NCBI GenBank assembly: GCA_035390665.1
Contig: DAOOUC010000008.1
Span: forward strand, 1 to 27,165
Source of the DNA: an archaeon
GTDB lineage: Archaea > Iainarchaeota > Iainarchaeia > Iainarchaeales > CSSED10-239
DNA length: 27,165 nucleotides
Direction: 5' to 3'
In this document: positions 24,237 to 27,165 of the stretch, one piece after another
Position numbering within the stretch: position 1 is the stretch's first letter
How the letters are laid out: each line of letters opens with the position of its first letter
Made by a program: the position numbers and the translations under genes
Notes under the pieces: model-generated
Databases searched by the model: none
Seen by the model: the letters and a program-made list of their open reading frames with translations, nothing else
What the model was told of the DNA's origin: nothing

Positions 24237-24776
24237 ATGAATAATGTAGAAATTATTGTTTATGGAAGAGGGGGATTAGGTGCAAAAACTTGTGCTCAAG
24301 TTATTGCTGAGTCTGCATTATTAGCAGGAAAAGAAATACAAGCCTTTCCAGAGTATGGCCCAGAAAGAAGGGGTGCCCCTGTTAGGGCTTTTGTTAGAGT
24401 CTCTGATAAACCTATAAGAACAAGTTCAACTATAACTAATCCTTCTTTTGTTATAGTTATTGATCCTGGGCTTTTTTCTGTAATGCCTGAACTAAACAAC
24501 CATGTTTGCCCAATAATTGTAAATACAAACAAAGACAAGAAAGAATTTAAGGTTAAGACAAAAGACCTTTATTTGATTGATGCAAGTAAAATTTCTTTAG
24601 AACAATTAAAATCAAATAATCCAAATATGGTTTTAATCGGTGTGTTATTAAAACTTACAAATATAATTAAATTTGAGGATGTAAAAAAAGTAATCGAAGA
24701 AGAATTTACAAAGAAAAATAAAAAAGAATTAATAGAACCAAACATTGCTTGCCTAAAAGCCGGAATGAAAATGTGA
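24237..24776 (+). CDS. porG: Pyruvate:ferredoxin oxidoreductase, gamma subunit
   Basis: 179 aa. It carries GRGGLGAKTCAQVIAESALLAGKEIQAFPEYGPERRGAPV, the canonical 2-oxoacid:ferredoxin oxidoreductase gamma motif. Confidence 0.9.
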   Translation: MNNVEIIVYGRGGLGAKTCAQVIAESALLAGKEIQAFPEYGPERRGAPVRAFVRVSDKPIRTSSTITNPSFVIVIDPGLFSVMPELNNHVCPIIVNTNKDKKEFKVKTKDLYLIDASKISLEQLKSNNPNMVLIGVLLKLTNIIKFEDVKKVIEEEFTKKNKKELIEPNIACLKAGMKM

Positions 24777-24781
24777 AATTT

Positions 24782-25048
24782 ATGGTTGGAAAAAAAATTG
24801 CAGGAGTTCTTGACAAAGGAACATCAACAGTTAATAAAACTGGGACTTGGAAAGATAAGGCACCCGTCTGGGATGAAAAAAAATGCATTCATTGTATGAT
24901 TTGTTATATTAATTGTCCAGAGAACTGTATACTCTTAGTTAAAGACAAACAAGGAAATGCTAAAAGAGACAAAACAAATCTGGATTATTGTAAGGGCTGC
25001 GGCATCTGTGCAAATGTTTGCCCAGTTAAATGTATAAAGATGGAATGA
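24782..25048 (+). CDS. porD: Pyruvate:ferredoxin oxidoreductase, delta subunit (2x[4Fe-4S] ferredoxin)
   Basis: It has two CxxCxxCxxxCP motifs (CIHCMICYINCP and CKGCGICANVCP). The ATG at 24782 is chosen; a GTG at 24773 overlapping the porG stop, or the track's TTG at 24749, are alternatives. Confidence 0.88.
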   Translation: MVGKKIAGVLDKGTSTVNKTGTWKDKAPVWDEKKCIHCMICYINCPENCILLVKDKQGNAKRDKTNLDYCKGCGICANVCPVKCIKME

Positions 25049-25054
25049 TAATAT

Positions 25055-26218
25055 ATGGCAAAATTAGGATTAACTGGTGGCGAAGCAATCGCTTATGCTT
25101 TTAAACAAATGGACATTGATGTTTTTTCAATGTATCCGATTACTCCACAAACACCAATCATTGAAAGCTTTTCAAGATTTGTGGCAAACGGGGAGGTGGA
25201 TACTGAAGTTATTAGAACAGAATCTGAACACTCTGCACTTTCTGCAACTATTGGGGCTAGTGCTGCTGGAGCTAGAGCAGTTACTGCAACGTCTTCACAA
25301 GGTTTACTGTATATGTTTGAGATGCTTTCTGTTGCTTCTGGTCTAAGGCTACCAATTGTTATGCCTGTTGCAAACAGAGCAATATCTGCACCAATTAATA
25401 TTCATTGTGATCATTCGGATTCCATGTCTGCACTTGACCAGGGCTGGATGCAAGTGTATTGTGAAAATGGACAAGAGGCTTATGAAATGACAATCTTCTC
25501 TCAAAAGCTTTCCGAGAAATGTTATTTACCAATAATGGTTTGTATTGATGGTTTTTTTACAAGTCATAATCTAACACCAGTTAATGTTTTTGAAGATAAA
25601 AAAGTAAAAGACTTTATTGGAGAATATAAACCTGCATATAATCTTTTAGATACAGATAAACCAATAACTGTTGGGGCTTTAGCATTACCTGACAGTTACT
25701 TTGAGATTAGAAAAGAATTGTTTGATGCTTTCTTGGAAGTTAAAAACAATTACTTGTCTGTTGCTAAAGATTTTAAAAAGAGCTTTGGAAAAGACATTAA
25801 CTTTTATGAGGATTATTTTGCAAGTCAATCAGATACTATTCTTGTGGTGTTAAGTTCAACAGCACAGAATGCAAAAAATGTTATTGATAAATTAAGAAAA
25901 GAAAATAAAAATGTTGGACTTTTACGACCAATACTTTACAGGCCTTTCTTATATGAAGAATATATTAAACCTTTAGCAAAAGCAAAAAATATAATTGTTT
26001 TAGAAAGAAGCGAAGGAACAGGAAGTTTTTCTCCTGTTTACAAAGATATTGTTTTAACAATATTTAATCACTGTAAAGCAAAAGACAAACCTAACATATA
26101 TAGCTATGTCTTTGGTCTTGGCGGTCGCGAGATTTCAGAAAAAGAAATAGAAGAACTTTTGGTTTCTGTTATCTCAGGAAAGCCTATAAAGAAAAGATAT
26201 ATTGGAATAAAGGAATAA
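25055..26218 (+). CDS. porA: Pyruvate:ferredoxin oxidoreductase, alpha subunit
   Basis: 387 aa. It carries LTGGEAIAYAFKQMDIDVFSMYPITPQT and ESEHSALSATIGASAAGARA, typical of PorA. Confidence 0.92.
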   Translation: MAKLGLTGGEAIAYAFKQMDIDVFSMYPITPQTPIIESFSRFVANGEVDTEVIRTESEHSALSATIGASAAGARAVTATSSQGLLYMFEMLSVASGLRLPIVMPVANRAISAPINIHCDHSDSMSALDQGWMQVYCENGQEAYEMTIFSQKLSEKCYLPIMVCIDGFFTSHNLTPVNVFEDKKVKDFIGEYKPAYNLLDTDKPITVGALALPDSYFEIRKELFDAFLEVKNNYLSVAKDFKKSFGKDINFYEDYFASQSDTILVVLSSTAQNAKNVIDKLRKENKNVGLLRPILYRPFLYEEYIKPLAKAKNIIVLERSEGTGSFSPVYKDIVLTIFNHCKAKDKPNIYSYVFGLGGREISEKEIEELLVSVISGKPIKKRYIGIKE

Positions 26219-26236
26219 TTAAAATTAGGATTAAAC

Positions 26237-27163
26237 ATGAACACAAAAGAATTAGCTTTAAAGATTAATGAAAAAAATACAATGGTGTCAGGACACAGAA
26301 CTTGTGCAGGGTGTCCTATAGCTATCATTTGTAGAACTGTGACTTCTGCTAGTGATATCCCTGTTGTTTGCTCAAGTGCAACTTCTTGTGCAGAAGTAAC
26401 AACAACAATCTATCCTCAGACATCTTGGAATATTCCTTGGATACATTCTGTTTTTGCAAATTCTGCAGCAACAATTTCAGGAATTGAAACTGCTTACAAG
26501 GCTCAAAAGAAAAAAAGAAAAATAAAAAAAGATATTAATTTTTTAGTAATTGCTGGAGATGGCGGATCTTTTGATATTGGACTTCAAGCACTTTCTGGTG
26601 CTCTAGAAAGAGGACACGATTTTGTTTTTCTTTGTTATGACAACGAAGGCTACCAAAATACGGGTGCACAGCGTTCATCAGCAACACCAAAAGGTGCTGC
26701 TACAACAACCACACCTTCTGGAAGTAATTCTTATGGTAAGTTAGAGTTTAGTAAAGATCTTGTTAAGATTGCTGCCGCTCATAATATACCTTATGTTGCT
26801 CAAGCTAATACTCACAACTTAATTGATCTTTATAACAAGGCACAAAAAGCATTTGCAAAAAAAGGCCCAGCAGTAATTGTTGTTTTTGCAGCGTGCCCCA
26901 CAAATATGAAAGCGCCTTCTGAACAAACAATTGCAATTAGTAAACTAGCAACAGAAAGTAATTTCTGGCCACTTTATGAAATTGATGAGGGAAAGCTTAC
27001 AATCAATTACAAACCAGAAAAAAGAATACCAATTGAAGAATTTCTAAAAACACAAACCAAGTTTAAAGAAGTATTAAAACCAAAAAACAAAGAAGTTTTA
27101 AAATCTATTCAAGAAGAAGTAGATAGAAGATATAATGAATTATTGAAACTAGAGAAATTATAA
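26237..27163 (+). CDS. porB: Pyruvate:ferredoxin oxidoreductase, beta subunit (TPP-binding)
   Basis: 308 aa. It carries GHRTCAGCP (cluster ligands), the TPP motif GDGGSFDIGLQALSGALERGHD...YDNEGYQNTG and the cluster Cys in FAACP. The stop lies at 27161-27163. Confidence 0.92.
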   Translation: MNTKELALKINEKNTMVSGHRTCAGCPIAIICRTVTSASDIPVVCSSATSCAEVTTTIYPQTSWNIPWIHSVFANSAATISGIETAYKAQKKKRKIKKDINFLVIAGDGGSFDIGLQALSGALERGHDFVFLCYDNEGYQNTGAQRSSATPKGAATTTTPSGSNSYGKLEFSKDLVKIAAAHNIPYVAQANTHNLIDLYNKAQKAFAKKGPAVIVVFAACPTNMKAPSEQTIAISKLATESNFWPLYEIDEGKLTINYKPEKRIPIEEFLKTQTKFKEVLKPKNKEVLKSIQEEVDRRYNELLKLEKL

Positions 27164-27165
27164 TT

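Noticed and set aside
1-27165. CRISPR arrays, rRNA genes, IS elements and alternative genetic code
   Set aside because: No spaced direct repeats of 24-40 bp were seen, and there are no long GC-rich structured stretches other than the two tRNAs. TGA, TAA and TAG all terminate well-supported genes at the expected lengths, so the standard code applies.

Overview
Strongly AT-rich, very gene-dense archaeal chromosome segment. Archaeal hallmark genes occur throughout: exosome, proteasome alpha, RNase P proteins, RpoP, eL43, RadA, Mre11 and Taw1. Small proteins, many 4-nt stop/start overlaps, GGTGA-type Shine-Dalgarno sites, frequent TTG/GTG starts and a POR plus ADP-forming acetyl-CoA synthetase core suggest a reduced-genome, fermentative, DPANN-like archaeon. 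That taxonomic call is inference only.
Layout:
(i) 1-8395, minus strand. This is an almost gap-free block: tRNA-Arg(UCU) > argS > rpp30 > pop5 > two paralogous membrane proteins > psmA > SBDS > rrp4 > rrp41 > rrp42 > eL43 > rpoP > Brix > Pcc1-like > prefoldin beta. rpoP is a 42-aa ORF missing from the ORF track and prefoldin beta is cut by the window edge. This is the classical archaeal exosome/proteasome superoperon.
(ii) 8444-9799. A membrane-anchored DsbA-like protein whose two thioredoxin-fold halves appear in swapped order.
(iii) 9900-11751. Taw1 (radical-SAM wyosine enzyme) translationally coupled to an [FeFe]-hydrogenase H-domain-like protein.
(iv) 11790-12366. A MazEF-type toxin-antitoxin pair with a triple 9-bp repeat in its promoter.
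(v) radA, followed by a PEP-synthase-like protein that lacks the PEP/pyruvate TIM-barrel domain, plus a coupled small basic ORF.
(vi) A SulP/STAS transporter sitting directly behind tRNA-Cys(GCA).
(vii) A stand-alone mre11.
(viii) A tightly overlapping arsR-iscS-iscU-DUF1858 operon.
(ix) Three uncharacterised membrane, secreted or basic ORFs.
(x) The ACD alpha subunit, divergent from porGDAB.
No CRISPR array, transposase, integrase or rRNA was seen. I found no clear-cut novel defence or mobile system. The most unusual items are the Taw1/hydrogenase-like pair, the permuted DsbA-like protein, the two tRNA-to-mRNA junctions and the truncated PEP-utilising enzyme. All functional calls rest on motif recognition by eye and on gene context; no database search was possible.
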